Notes: a model not told the origin generated them from the sequence alone. Positions 17,845-27,997 are shown, numbered from the stretch's first letter. The stretch: 40,890 bases of DNA from Alphaproteobacteria bacterium (GCA_024279735.1 JAJRRF010000181.1:1-40890), one strand, 5' to 3'. Program-made: numbers and translations.

Positions 17845-19869
17845 TCAGTCTTTTGCCTGCTGCTGGAGCTGCGGTTTCCCGTTATATTTTTCCAGAGCCA
17901 GGCGTGCCTTCTTGACCACGGCATCGGCGATGGCGGCGTGGCCTTCGGCGGTCGGGTGGAAAGCTCCGCTATAGGTGCCGGCCAACAGCACCTGAAACCA
18001 GGACAGCTTTTTGGAACGGAACACCCTTTTGACAATATTGCCCCTGGCCTGGTAATGCACTGCCAAATAGGCATCATTGGGGGTGCGGAACCAGCGTTGC
18101 CGCGCGGCATAGGGGCGGAAGTCAGCTGGGTTAAAACCGCTCCATTTTCCCTTGTGTAACAGCGGGAAACTCATGTTTTCGGCCAGGCTGTATGGATTGT
18201 CCTGGCTGACCGCGCAAAAGCCGTGGCCGCGAAAACTCTCCCTGTGGGCATCGACAAAGGTCCACCCTTGAGCCTTGGCCGAACTGCGCATCACACTATA
18301 AAGCTCATCACCAAAGGCTTCCCCGCGCTCCAGTTCCTTTTCATTGACCCTGAATTCTGGATGCACCGAAAAGCCCCCGCTGTCTTTTGTGCAGATGCTC
18401 GTGCCATCCTGTTGGAAGGACATCCCTGGATAGGCTGTCAGGATAATCCGTTCCGGCTCTGACCAGGGAATGCCCAAAATATAGTGCATGGCCTTGTTCA
18501 GAGCCTTATAGCGGTGTCGCAGTTCCTTAAGCTTGCTGCGTGCGATTGAGAGGCTTGAACCATAGGTTGCCGCCCTTCTCAAAAAAGATTTCTGCCTGAA
18601 TACCGCTCCGGCCACAATTTTTGAAAACCCAACATCATTGCCACCAATGGAGACCATAACCAGGTCAATCTTGCGTTTATTCTTGTTATAGCATTTCAGC
18701 AACACCAGTTCAGACAGGTCAGGCACACGTCCAACCTGGGAATAGGCAGAGGTATAGTCCTTTTCGGTTGCCGCCTCTCCCTCCCCGCAAATTGCATTGG
18801 AAACCGCGCTGATCTGGGGCAGGAAGGGATAACTTTTTGCCCAGTCCGTGCCCTTATATCGCTTGAACAGTCCAATGGGGATCTCGGCACCGGCGCAGGC
18901 AAAGCCAGCATAGGTCACAGCCCTTTTGGGGTTTTCAAGTGCCAATTGCAGGGCAGCCCTGAGCTGGTAGGAATAGAGCGAACGGTGACAGGGTCGGGCT
19001 GACCAGTCTGCCGCCTTTGACTGGAACGCTGGGTCACCAATGGTTTTCCAGTTGCCCTCACGGGTCGGGTATCCCGCTAGCTCCTTGCCAGAAGGATCCT
19101 TACCGTAATAGGCAGCCCTACTACGGGACAATTGCACAGGATGGTCAGGATTGCCCTCGCCTGAGGCAAAGCTGTCCCCGATGCCGACCACAAAAATATC
19201 CTTGACCGTAATATCCTGCCAGGCAATTTCCCTGCCATTCATCATCACAGTGATACGCGCCCCCTTTGGATAGGGAATGTTCAGCTTGACAGGGGCTGTG
19301 CAGTCTTGGCTGACCTTTTGGTAATGTTTGCGTCTATAGGATCTTTTGCCAGAAAGGGGTGAGACATGCCAGTTACAATATTCGCCATAACTGTCCACCC
19401 TGTCCATTTTAGCAATTATGGTATGGGACTCTGGAAAGATATAGTTGGTATTCTGGCTGTTACAATGCTTATAACGCTTGTTAAAGGTATCCCAGCAGGT
19501 TTCCTGATAGACCAGGTCTGCCCAGCCCCTTGAAAATTTTTCCGAAAGTTTGCGCTCAGTCGCCAGTATTGGGTTCTCGGACTGGCCCTCTTCCAGAGTG
19601 TCCAGTACATCCTGGTGCATCTTGGTTGAAAGTGGATTGGTAAACAGGCGAAACGGATTTTCCAACTTCCAGACAATTGCCCCTGTGTTGGGTTCAGCCT
19701 GTTTCTCAGCAGGTTGTTGCTCCTGTACAGTCTTTTCTGGATCAGCTTCAGACTTCCCTGCTTCAGGAATATCATAATATTGCGCCTGCGCTGCCATCGT
19801 CATGCCAAACAGAACCAGAAGAGAAAATAATAATTTTAGATAGTTTTTCATTTTGCCGCCGTCATTCAA
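17845..19869 (-). CDS. Secreted SGNH/GDSL-hydrolase-fold protein
   Basis: Signal peptide; block I GIGDSFASGEG, ACAGA, block III SIGGNDVGF, block V AFHPTAEGH. Confidence 0.75.
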   Translation of the reverse strand: MNDGGKMKNYLKLLFSLLVLFGMTMAAQAQYYDIPEAGKSEADPEKTVQEQQPAEKQAEPNTGAIVWKLENPFRLFTNPLSTKMHQDVLDTLEEGQSENPILATERKLSEKFSRGWADLVYQETCWDTFNKRYKHCNSQNTNYIFPESHTIIAKMDRVDSYGEYCNWHVSPLSGKRSYRRKHYQKVSQDCTAPVKLNIPYPKGARITVMMNGREIAWQDITVKDIFVVGIGDSFASGEGNPDHPVQLSRSRAAYYGKDPSGKELAGYPTREGNWKTIGDPAFQSKAADWSARPCHRSLYSYQLRAALQLALENPKRAVTYAGFACAGAEIPIGLFKRYKGTDWAKSYPFLPQISAVSNAICGEGEAATEKDYTSAYSQVGRVPDLSELVLLKCYNKNKRKIDLVMVSIGGNDVGFSKIVAGAVFRQKSFLRRAATYGSSLSIARSKLKELRHRYKALNKAMHYILGIPWSEPERIILTAYPGMSFQQDGTSICTKDSGGFSVHPEFRVNEKELERGEAFGDELYSVMRSSAKAQGWTFVDAHRESFRGHGFCAVSQDNPYSLAENMSFPLLHKGKWSGFNPADFRPYAARQRWFRTPNDAYLAVHYQARGNIVKRVFRSKKLSWFQVLLAGTYSGAFHPTAEGHAAIADAVVKKARLALEKYNGKPQLQQQAKD

Positions 19870-19966
19870 GAGAGTTAACCAATGATTCCTAAAGAAAGAT
19901 TGTGTTTTTTTGTCGACTTTCTACAGTCCCCTGATTTTCTTTGAGTCTAAATCATTGAACAGCCAG

Positions 19967-20866
19967 CTACACCTTTTTTAGATAATGCCCCAGCCCCTTG
20001 TAACTGGCACGCCAGAGGGTAAAAAATTGGGACAAAGGATTAAGCCGCAAAAACATAGTGTGGTCAGTATCATCATTCTGCTGCCACTGTTTGATATATT
20101 TTGCGCCAAGAGCCAAAGGCAGGAAAATGTCCTGGCAGGGTTTTGGAGTTTTTGAGACTACCCCTGCTACAAAAGCCATTTTTTTTTCAAGCCCAGTGAC
20201 CTGTATCTCTTTATACGCCTTCATCTGCGTGCCAAATTTCAGAACTGAGCCCTGGCCTCCCTCCACAGGAAGTTGGACAGGCTGATCCAGCACCAGAGCC
20301 ATATGAGCCGCAATAACGGTGGGATGTGCCAAAGATATAAACTTTATCATGGCTGTGATATTGCCTGCGCAGTTAAACAGTTCTTCATCCATGGCCTGGT
20401 TCTCCTTGTCATCAGTTGGTGAAAAGCTGCTGACCTGCCAGGCAATGCGGTACAAATTCCCCCATATTGCTTCCTGGTAAAGTGTAAAGGACTGGCTATC
20501 CCTGAGATAATGCTCCCCGAACTCCTCTTCCCTGGCATCAATAATCTTATGAAAAAGAGCAGAGTCCAGACCGTACTCCCCAATCACTTGGGTCAGCTGG
20601 TCCGCAACAGGATGCCCTGACAGGTTTTCCTGCTGCCTGCCTGCCTGCTCGACCACATCATGCCACCATTGCAAGCGAATTTTTCCAAGCATTGGCTCGC
20701 GCACCTGGCGAGATATTTTTGCCAGTTCACAGTTAAACGCATAGACTGTCCACAAGGCATGGGCATGGGCAGGATTTCCAAATAGTGCAGACAAATAGCT
20801 TTCCCTGTCACAGGCTTTCACCAGAGACCTGATATGGAGGTTTTGTTGCTGGTTGTTTAACAGCAC
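19967..20866 (-). CDS. Squalene/phytoene synthase-family protein (NDUFAF6-like)
   Basis: DRESYLSALF, YAFNCELAKI, VREPMLGKIRLQWW, HPVAD, IIDARE; conserved position after the Mth938 gene. Confidence 0.85.
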   Translation of the reverse strand: MLLNNQQQNLHIRSLVKACDRESYLSALFGNPAHAHALWTVYAFNCELAKISRQVREPMLGKIRLQWWHDVVEQAGRQQENLSGHPVADQLTQVIGEYGLDSALFHKIIDAREEEFGEHYLRDSQSFTLYQEAIWGNLYRIAWQVSSFSPTDDKENQAMDEELFNCAGNITAMIKFISLAHPTVIAAHMALVLDQPVQLPVEGGQGSVLKFGTQMKAYKEIQVTGLEKKMAFVAGVVSKTPKPCQDIFLPLALGAKYIKQWQQNDDTDHTMFLRLNPLSQFFTLWRASYKGLGHYLKKV

Positions 20867-20874
20867 TTTTCAGC

Positions 20875-21282
20875 TCAGCCCTTTGCACTTTGGACATCGA
20901 CGGCAATCAGGGCAGCTGCGACAGCGCGCTTTTCATCCATACAGATATTATAGGTGCGGCAGGCGGCTCCGGTATCCATAAAGTCAAAGCCAATATTTTG
21001 CTGCTCAAAAGCCCTGCGGATATTAGAAGAAGGAAAAAGTTGCTGGTCACCTGTACCAAACAATAAGAACTCTATCCTGTCCTTTTGCTGGAAAACCTTG
21101 TTAAAGCTGTCCAGGGAAATATCCTCGAAACTGGTCACAGGCCAGCTAAAGACACCGCTGGGTAAAAACAGCACAGACCCGACATGGCTCATTTCCGCAA
21201 AGCGAAACCCATTATTGCCGTAAGCATCAATCTGGGGCTGTCCAGGAAAAAAGGCTTCCTTGTCTGTCATCCTGTTTTCCAA
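20875..21282 (-). CDS. Mth938-like domain protein (NDUFAF3-like)
   Basis: IDAYGNNGFRFA, LLFGTG, MDTGAACRTYN. Confidence 0.92.
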   Translation of the reverse strand: MENRMTDKEAFFPGQPQIDAYGNNGFRFAEMSHVGSVLFLPSGVFSWPVTSFEDISLDSFNKVFQQKDRIEFLLFGTGDQQLFPSSNIRRAFEQQNIGFDFMDTGAACRTYNICMDEKRAVAAALIAVDVQSAKG

Positions 21283-21285
21283 TGG

Positions 21286-22230
21286 CTATACCGTTCCTTC
21301 TTCCTGCGGTGCGCCCTTAACAGCGTTGCCGCTCCAGTCCCTCTTGACCCCAAGATAAAGCAGCACAGGAGAGGCAACAAAGATTGAGGAATACGTCCCG
21401 ACCACAACGCCCCAGATCATGGCAAAGGTAAAGCCCCGCAGAGCCTCGCCGCCAAAGATATAAAGAGCCAACAACGCAGCCAATGTGGTCACAGATGTCA
21501 TGATCGTCCTGGAAAGGGTCTCATTGACAGACAGGTCCAATAACTGGTCCAGCGGCTTTTTCTTATATTTACGTAAATTTTCTCGTACCCTGTCAAACAC
21601 CACCACGGTATCATTGAGCGAATAGCCCACAATGGTTAGCAAGGCCGCAATAATGGGCAGGTTAAATTCCATCTGCAACAGGGAAAACACTCCGATGGTC
21701 AAAATCACATCATGCACCAGGGCAGCAATCGCACCCACCGAAAATTGCCACTCAAACCTGACCCAGATATAGAACAACACAGCCAGGATTGAGAGCCCGA
21801 CAGCCTCAATACTGGATGTGACTAGTTCACCCGATACAGTAGGCCCAACCACCTCTGTCCGCTGGAACTTGATCCCCTGGCCATCCAGAGCCTTCTTGAT
21901 CTTGTCAACAACCGCCTGTTGCGCCTTCTCTCCACCAGGCTGGGTTTCTGCCCGTATCAGCACAGATTTAGGGTTGCCAAAAAGCTGGAGTTGCACATCC
22001 CCCAGTTCCAGACTGCCAACCTTTGTGCGCAAGTCTTTAAGGTTTGCAGTATCCTTGGTCTCTATCTCAACCAGGGTGCCACCAATAAAATCAATGCCAT
22101 AGTTTAGGCCGCGTGTTGCGAACAGGAATATGGAAGCAATAATGCCAATTGTTGACAGCATCAGTGCCATCTTGCCATAAGATACAAACTTAATTTTTGT
22201 ATCTGTCGGTACAGGGTGAATGCCCTTCAT
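21286..22230 (-). CDS. secF: Protein translocase subunit SecF
   Basis: GIDFIGG, VGPTVSGEL, ALVHDV, GYSLNDTVVVFDRVREN, TLSRTIMTS. Confidence 0.97.
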   Translation of the reverse strand: MKGIHPVPTDTKIKFVSYGKMALMLSTIGIIASIFLFATRGLNYGIDFIGGTLVEIETKDTANLKDLRTKVGSLELGDVQLQLFGNPKSVLIRAETQPGGEKAQQAVVDKIKKALDGQGIKFQRTEVVGPTVSGELVTSSIEAVGLSILAVLFYIWVRFEWQFSVGAIAALVHDVILTIGVFSLLQMEFNLPIIAALLTIVGYSLNDTVVVFDRVRENLRKYKKKPLDQLLDLSVNETLSRTIMTSVTTLAALLALYIFGGEALRGFTFAMIWGVVVGTYSSIFVASPVLLYLGVKRDWSGNAVKGAPQEEGTV

Positions 22231-22313
22231 GTCTTTCTCCTAAAGGCCAGCACCCATTAAGGGCTGGTTCCAGTATTATATAATTCTTCTAAATTTCCAA
22301 AACAGGTATCTGG

Positions 22314-23936
22314 CTATATTGGAATTTCGGTATGTTTTTCCCTCTTGGCCCACCAGGACACAATCAGCCTGGTCAGTGTAAAGGCGGTAAATACGGATGT
22401 GATGATACCGATTGACAGGGTGACGGCAAAGCCCTTGACCGGCCCCGACCCCATAAAGAACAGGATCACGGCAGCAATAAAGGTTGTGATATTGGCATCA
22501 ACAATCGTGCCGAACGCCCGTCTATACCCTGCATCAATCGCATTGATAACGGGCTTGCCATTGCGTATCTCTTCACGGATACGCTCATAGATCAACACGT
22601 TGGCATCTACCGCCATACCCACCGTCAGTACGATACCAGCAATGCCCGGTAATGTAAGTGTTGCCTGCAAGATCGACAGGATTGCCATCAGCAGGATCAT
22701 GTTGACAACCAGGGCGACATTGGCAAACAGGCCAAATGTCCCATAACTGACAAAGACAAGGGCGATAACAACAACCAGACCCAGCATTGAGGCCATGAAG
22801 CCTGCTGCGACAGCGTCCTTGCCCAGGCTCGCCCCGACAGTCCGTTCCTCAACAACCTGCAAGGGAGCAGGAAGCGCGCCAGACCTCAAAAGGATAGACA
22901 TCCTGGTGGTTTCCTTGGAGGAAAAAGATCCGCTGATCTGCCCTGACCCAGTCAGGATAGGTTCCTGGATGGTTGCCGCAGAGATCACTTTGTTATCCAG
23001 CACAATTGCAAACAGGCGGCCAACATTCTTACTGGTGGCCTGGCCAAAGGATTTTGCGCCGTGTCCATTAAAACGGAAGGTAATGACAGGCTGGTTGGTG
23101 CGCGGATCAAAGGAAGGCTGTGCATCAACCAAATCCGTACCGCCCACAATCACCTTTTTCTTCAGGATATAGGCTGTGGTCTTGATCCCATCTTGATATT
23201 CCCAAACCCTCTCAGACAGGAACGGGACACGGCCAGACTTGTTTTCGTTAGGGCCAAAGGACGGGTCAACCATCTGGAATGTTAGGGAACCTGTCTTGCT
23301 GATCAACTTTTTAAGCTCTTCTGGGTCTTTCAAGCCAGGAACCTGAACCAGGATACGGTTCTTGCCCTGCCTCTGGATGGTCGGCTCTGTTGTACCCAAA
23401 GCGTTGATCCTGCGCCCAAGGGTTTCTATCGCAAAACCCAGTGCCTTGTTGACACGCTGGAGCAAAGCGGGTTTCGTAATATTGATTTTGATCTGTTTGT
23501 CAGCTGTCTCAACCACGGTCAGGTTTTTGGCACTGACACCGCCCATAATTGAGTTGTTCAAGTCGACAACCAGATTTTTCTGGAGCAATGCCAGGGCTTT
23601 CGCCTGCTCTGACCCCTTACCTATACGGACAAGAATCTCCTTGCCAGAAATATTGGTCTTGGCGACATGCTCAATCTTGTTCTTCTTCCAAAGCGTCTCA
23701 GAAATATCAGAACGGATAGAGTTCAGCCAGGTTTTTACGATAAAAGAGGTATCCATTTCCAGCAGCAAATGGGAACCTCCCTGCAAATCCAGCCCCAACT
23801 TCACTTGCCTGTTAGGCAAAGGGTCATTTATTCCCTCTACCGATTTTTTGGAAAACAGGTTGGGGGCAGCATACAGGATACCAAACAAGGCCGCAGCGAT
23901 GATGGAAATTGTTTTCCATTTTGAAAAATACAACAT
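22314..23936 (-). CDS. secD: Protein translocase subunit SecD
   Basis: LGLDLQGG, RILVQVPG, LLRSGALPAP, LTLPGIAG, GMAVDANVLIYERIREE. Confidence 0.97.
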   Translation of the reverse strand: MLYFSKWKTISIIAAALFGILYAAPNLFSKKSVEGINDPLPNRQVKLGLDLQGGSHLLLEMDTSFIVKTWLNSIRSDISETLWKKNKIEHVAKTNISGKEILVRIGKGSEQAKALALLQKNLVVDLNNSIMGGVSAKNLTVVETADKQIKINITKPALLQRVNKALGFAIETLGRRINALGTTEPTIQRQGKNRILVQVPGLKDPEELKKLISKTGSLTFQMVDPSFGPNENKSGRVPFLSERVWEYQDGIKTTAYILKKKVIVGGTDLVDAQPSFDPRTNQPVITFRFNGHGAKSFGQATSKNVGRLFAIVLDNKVISAATIQEPILTGSGQISGSFSSKETTRMSILLRSGALPAPLQVVEERTVGASLGKDAVAAGFMASMLGLVVVIALVFVSYGTFGLFANVALVVNMILLMAILSILQATLTLPGIAGIVLTVGMAVDANVLIYERIREEIRNGKPVINAIDAGYRRAFGTIVDANITTFIAAVILFFMGSGPVKGFAVTLSIGIITSVFTAFTLTRLIVSWWAKREKHTEIPI

Positions 23937-24025
23937 AAGGGGTCTGTTTTCCTGTTATAAAAGAGAACCAAGTGAACCTGCGGACAGGGTCAATTCTATA
24001 GGATAATATTTAAATTCTGCGAACT

Positions 24026-24130
24026 CTAGTGCATAGTGCGAGCAAATCGTTACGATTTGCGGTTAAGATATGCGCCATATAAGGGCTAGGGCAAGGTCGT
24101 CCGATCGGAATTGCTTGCAATTTGCTCTAG
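24026..24130. repeat. About 105-bp CTAG-bounded bipartite palindromic element (BRU-RS/RIME-like)
   Basis: CTAGTGCATA...GCAAATCG-TTA-CGATTTGC...CTAGGGCAA...TTGCTCTAG; same architecture as 4631-4736 but a different internal sequence. Confidence 0.65.
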
Positions 24131-24170
24131 TCACTACGAACCTGTTCAGGGTCTGTCAGCCAGCCTATTC

Positions 24171-24488
24171 CTAGACAGGGTTAGCCTTCACCCGTACTTC
24201 ACCAATCGCAGAGCGTAACATCTTGATCTTGACACCATCGGAAATCTCAACTTCCACCTCTGCATCATCAATGACTTTTGTGACCTTGCCAAGAATGCCG
24301 CCGCTGGTCACAATAGCGTCGCCGCGTCTCAAGGAGGCAACCATATCCTGGTGTTCCTTCATCTTTTTTTGTTGCGGACGGATAATCAGGAAATACATCA
24401 CCAAAAAGATAAGCAAAAATGGGATCAACTGGATGATTGCATTGCCGCCTCCTGGCGCAGCCTGAGCCAGGACTGGATAAAAAAACAT
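24171..24488 (-). CDS. yajC: Preprotein translocase subunit YajC
   Basis: MYFLIIRPQQKK, LRRGDAIVTSGGILGKV; upstream of secD. Confidence 0.96.
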   Translation of the reverse strand: MFFYPVLAQAAPGGGNAIIQLIPFLLIFLVMYFLIIRPQQKKMKEHQDMVASLRRGDAIVTSGGILGKVTKVIDDAEVEVEISDGVKIKMLRSAIGEVRVKANPV

Positions 24489-24771
24489 GTGACGACTTCC
24501 TTTGTTCAGTTAGGTAACGAAAAATCTTGCATTGCAGGTATAGATATTAAAGATAGAGCCAGGTTACAGGATTACAATAACTGCCGTGAAAAAACACCCC
24601 AAATTTCCATTCAGGCCGTTACGTTGCGTCTCAACTTTAGAGACTTTTTGATTACTTGATAACAGACTGATTATAGCAGCCCTGTAGGCTTTGCAACATG
24701 TGTTAAGAAAATTATCTGCAAAAAGTAATAAACTAGGGATAAATACCCGACATTAAGGAACAGCAATCGCA

Positions 24772-25665
24772 ATGTCTTTCCAGCATAAACTTCTCCAGCA
24801 AATGACTTCTATCGGACAAAGCCTGGAACGGCTTTCCCCTAATCCGCCCCGTTCCCATAACTTTTCAAATGCCACTGCTTTCTTGTGGCATGGCGATTCC
24901 CTCACATTTACAGACATCAAACAGGTCTGGGCTATTCCCCTCACCTTGCTGAAAGGGATTTCCTCGCAAAAGCAGACCCTGCTTGATAACACGAAACGAT
25001 TTTCTGAGGGCTACCCTGCCAATAATGCTCTGCTTTGGGGAGCCAGGGGGATGGGGAAAAGCAGCCTGGTCAAGGCTGTCCATGCCGAGCTGCAAAACAA
25101 CACTGCTGGCGCAAAAAAATCAGGCACAGCAAAAGCAGGCTTCCCCTGTCCGAAACTTGTTGAGATTCACAGGGAAGACATTGAAAGCCTGCCCGCCTGC
25201 CTATCCATTCTCAAAAAGTCAGCGGACAGGTTTATCCTGTATTGTGATGACCTGTCTTTTGATGATGCCGATACGTCCTACAAATCCCTAAAAGCAGTCC
25301 TTGAGGGTGGCCTGGAAGGCAAACCGGAAAATGTACTGTTTTACGCCACCTCCAACCGACGACACCTGATGCCACGCGACATGATTGAGAATGAACGCTC
25401 CACAGCAATACATCCGTCAGAATCAGTAGAGGAAAAGGTCTCCCTGTCAGACCGTTTTGGCCTTTGGATCGGCTTTCACAACTGCTCCCAGCAAGATTAT
25501 CTCGATATGGTACAGGGCTATGCCAGGTATTTTGGACTGGATACGGAAAATATTGGGGCAGATGCGATTGAGTGGGCAGCAACCAGGGGCGCGCGTTCAG
25601 GCAGGGTTGGCTGGCAGTTTATCCAGGACAAGGCTGGCAAACAAAAAAAACGGCTGCCACTGTAA
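24772..25665 (+). CDS. DUF815-family AAA+ ATP-binding protein
   Basis: NNALLWGARGMGKSS, YCDDLSF, YATSNRRHL, EEKVSLSDRFG, RSGR. Confidence 0.9.
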   Translation: MSFQHKLLQQMTSIGQSLERLSPNPPRSHNFSNATAFLWHGDSLTFTDIKQVWAIPLTLLKGISSQKQTLLDNTKRFSEGYPANNALLWGARGMGKSSLVKAVHAELQNNTAGAKKSGTAKAGFPCPKLVEIHREDIESLPACLSILKKSADRFILYCDDLSFDDADTSYKSLKAVLEGGLEGKPENVLFYATSNRRHLMPRDMIENERSTAIHPSESVEEKVSLSDRFGLWIGFHNCSQQDYLDMVQGYARYFGLDTENIGADAIEWAATRGARSGRVGWQFIQDKAGKQKKRLPL

Positions 25666-25702
25666 TAAATGGCAACCGCTTTATGATAGACTGAGCATTG
25701 TG

Positions 25703-27100
25703 CTACTTGCTCATATATTGCATGGGGTCGATCGGCTTGGAGCCCTTACGAAGTTCAAAATGAAGCTGTGGCTGGCTGACATCACCGGTCTTGCCAACAA
25801 GGGCAACAACCTGACCACGCTTGATACGGTCGCCGCGCCTGACCTTCAGGCTGCTGTTATGGGCATAGGCAGATACGAAATTATTGGCATGGCGGATCAG
25901 GACAAGATTACCATATCCCTTAAGCTCGCTGCCAGCATAGGCGACAACACCATTATCAGCGGCCTTAACTTGCGTTCCCATTGGGACAGCAAAATTCACA
26001 CCATCATTATTTTTACCATTGGCCATTGGGCCAAACTTGGAAATGATACGCCCACGAACTGGCCAACGAAAGCCGCCAACCCTTCTTTTTGGGGCAGCTT
26101 TACGGACTGTTTTCAGGGCTGCAAGTTTCCTTGGCCTAGGAATTTTCGCAACAACAGCTTTTGGCTTGACAGCTTTTGGGGCAGACCTTTTATTCCACAA
26201 CCCTGTCCTTGCTGCATCATTGCGTGAACCGGAACTGTCTTTCAGCTTGGCGACCCGTCTCACTGGCTTCATGCCAGGCTTAAGAGAAAGTTTCTGGCCA
26301 ATACGAAGACCTGCATTCTGCTCCAGACCATTCCACTGCGCCAACTGGACATAGCTGACCCCATATTTCCGTGCAACTGAATAAAGCGTTTCACTGCTCT
26401 GGACAGTATGGCTGATCGCTGATGTCCTGTTTTTGTCAGAAGCATACTGGAAATTAGAGACCGGTTTTGGCGCAGATCTGGATGTCCTGGGTTTGGCTGA
26501 AGCCACAACATTCCTGCTACCACCTTTTGCTGGAACCGTAAGAAGTTGTCCAAGACGAACAGTAGTGTCCTCCATATTATTGGCAGCCATAAAGTCAGCA
26601 GGCTTCAGGCCATAACGGCGGGAAATGCTGTATAATGTGTCACCCTGGACAACGCGAACGGTATTTTCATTCGTTGCACCATTATTTTGTGAATATGATG
26701 TGGCAGGCTTTCCTGATCCAAAATTTGAGATACGGCGCGGCTGGTAAGAACGCTGCCTGGAAGGCGGAGAGAGTTCGCGGACAGTCTCGCTCTGGACATT
26801 GCCCCGGCTGTAAGAAGCAACCTTGGCATCTTGTCCTGAAGACGTGTTGGAGGAGCTGTCATACTCATCCGCAACACCGCTGTCATAAGACCTACCTGAC
26901 CTGCTAGACCTGGAAGGCGTTGGATAACTGTTCGTGTCACCAAAAATTGAACTGTCTGTCTCTGATGAATTATATCCCATCGCAGGGTAGTCAAAACGTG
27001 TCACACCTGTGCTACAAGCAGAAAGAAGCAGGCTTGCCCCAATTATGATTGCAGATGATGTGTAGTTACCCAAATTTTTATTCATAGTCTTGTTACCCAT
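25703..27100 (-). CDS. nlpD: LysM + M23 (LytM) domain lipoprotein, NlpD/DipM-like
   Basis: Lipobox LSAC; two LysM repeats (VVQGDTLYSISRRYG, VQSSETLYSVARKYG); M23 domain with degenerate Zn ligands (NDGVN, QLHFE); follows surE-pcm. Confidence 0.88.
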   Translation of the reverse strand: MGNKTMNKNLGNYTSSAIIIGASLLLSACSTGVTRFDYPAMGYNSSETDSSIFGDTNSYPTPSRSSRSGRSYDSGVADEYDSSSNTSSGQDAKVASYSRGNVQSETVRELSPPSRQRSYQPRRISNFGSGKPATSYSQNNGATNENTVRVVQGDTLYSISRRYGLKPADFMAANNMEDTTVRLGQLLTVPAKGGSRNVVASAKPRTSRSAPKPVSNFQYASDKNRTSAISHTVQSSETLYSVARKYGVSYVQLAQWNGLEQNAGLRIGQKLSLKPGMKPVRRVAKLKDSSGSRNDAARTGLWNKRSAPKAVKPKAVVAKIPRPRKLAALKTVRKAAPKRRVGGFRWPVRGRIISKFGPMANGKNNDGVNFAVPMGTQVKAADNGVVAYAGSELKGYGNLVLIRHANNFVSAYAHNSSLKVRRGDRIKRGQVVALVGKTGDVSQPQLHFELRKGSKPIDPMQYMSK

Positions 27101-27310
27101 GTCGTCCTGTCCCTCTACTGCTTAGAACCCGCCTGATACAGGGCTAAAACACCCTGGTTTCGGTTCGTAGATCGCCTCCCTGCCGGGAATTTATAACTGT
27201 AAAATATAGTGGGGATTCAAGACATGGGTTTGACCAGCATAAGGCGCAAATAAGGCAATCAGCCTGCTGGGCAGCTATCCCTGGTTTATGACCAGTATTC
27301 TAAATTTATG

Positions 27311-27327
27311 GTTAACAAAAGGTTAAC
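27311..27327. promoter_or_regulatory. CtrA-binding site (full TTAA-N7-TTAAC)
   Basis: GTTAACAAAAGGTTAAC matches the consensus on both strands, about 210 bp upstream of nlpD/dipM. Confidence 0.75.
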
Positions 27328-27345
27328 GCCAATTCACACAAATTA

Positions 27346-27981
27346 TCAATCTTTGGACAACAGGGAAAAGTGGGATTCCCCCAGGGTTTTTATATCTGGC
27401 CTGTCCTCATAGTTGCGCAGCACAATAAGGTGCTGTGACCCATCTTCCTGGGTTTGCGGATAAACAATAATACCTTTGGGGCGGAGCTGTTCATATAACC
27501 CAATCGGCAAGTCATCTACACCTGCTGCAATAACAATCCTGTCAAACGGCCCCTGTTCCAGCCAGCCCTGCCAACCATTACCCACCAGTGTGGCTATGTT
27601 GTGGAGTTCGAGATCCTGAAACCTTTTTTCTGCTGCCACCATCAGGCTGCGCTGGTTTTCAACTGTATAGATACGGCGTGCTATTTTGGCCAGGACAGCA
27701 GCCAGATAGCCGCTCCCAGTACCGATCACAAGAACCCTGCACTCTTCCTTGAGCCACAGAGCCTCACAAATTTTGGCAACAATATAGGGTTCAGGAATAG
27801 TTTGCCCCTCCCCAATAGGCAAGGCCATGTCCCTATAGGCATATTCACGAAAAGCTTCTGACACAAAACGGTGTCGTGGTGTCAGCTCAATCGCATTGAG
27901 TACCTCGCCATCAAGAATTCCCTTGCTGCGCAGGGTCATGATCAGGTTGATTCGGTCCTGCTTATCGTCCTGTTGATCCAT
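27346..27981 (-). CDS. pcm: Protein-L-isoaspartate O-methyltransferase
   Basis: PRHRFV, AYRDMALPIGEGQTI, IGTGSGY, GPFDRI; located between surE and nlpD. Confidence 0.88.
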   Translation of the reverse strand: MDQQDDKQDRINLIMTLRSKGILDGEVLNAIELTPRHRFVSEAFREYAYRDMALPIGEGQTIPEPYIVAKICEALWLKEECRVLVIGTGSGYLAAVLAKIARRIYTVENQRSLMVAAEKRFQDLELHNIATLVGNGWQGWLEQGPFDRIVIAAGVDDLPIGLYEQLRPKGIIVYPQTQEDGSQHLIVLRNYEDRPDIKTLGESHFSLLSKD

Positions 27982-27997
27982 TGGTCGTCATGCCCCG

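Noticed and set aside
25457-26227. 256-aa + strand ORF
   Set aside because: It is an antisense shadow of nlpD and overlaps the DUF815 gene in another frame; no recognisable motifs.
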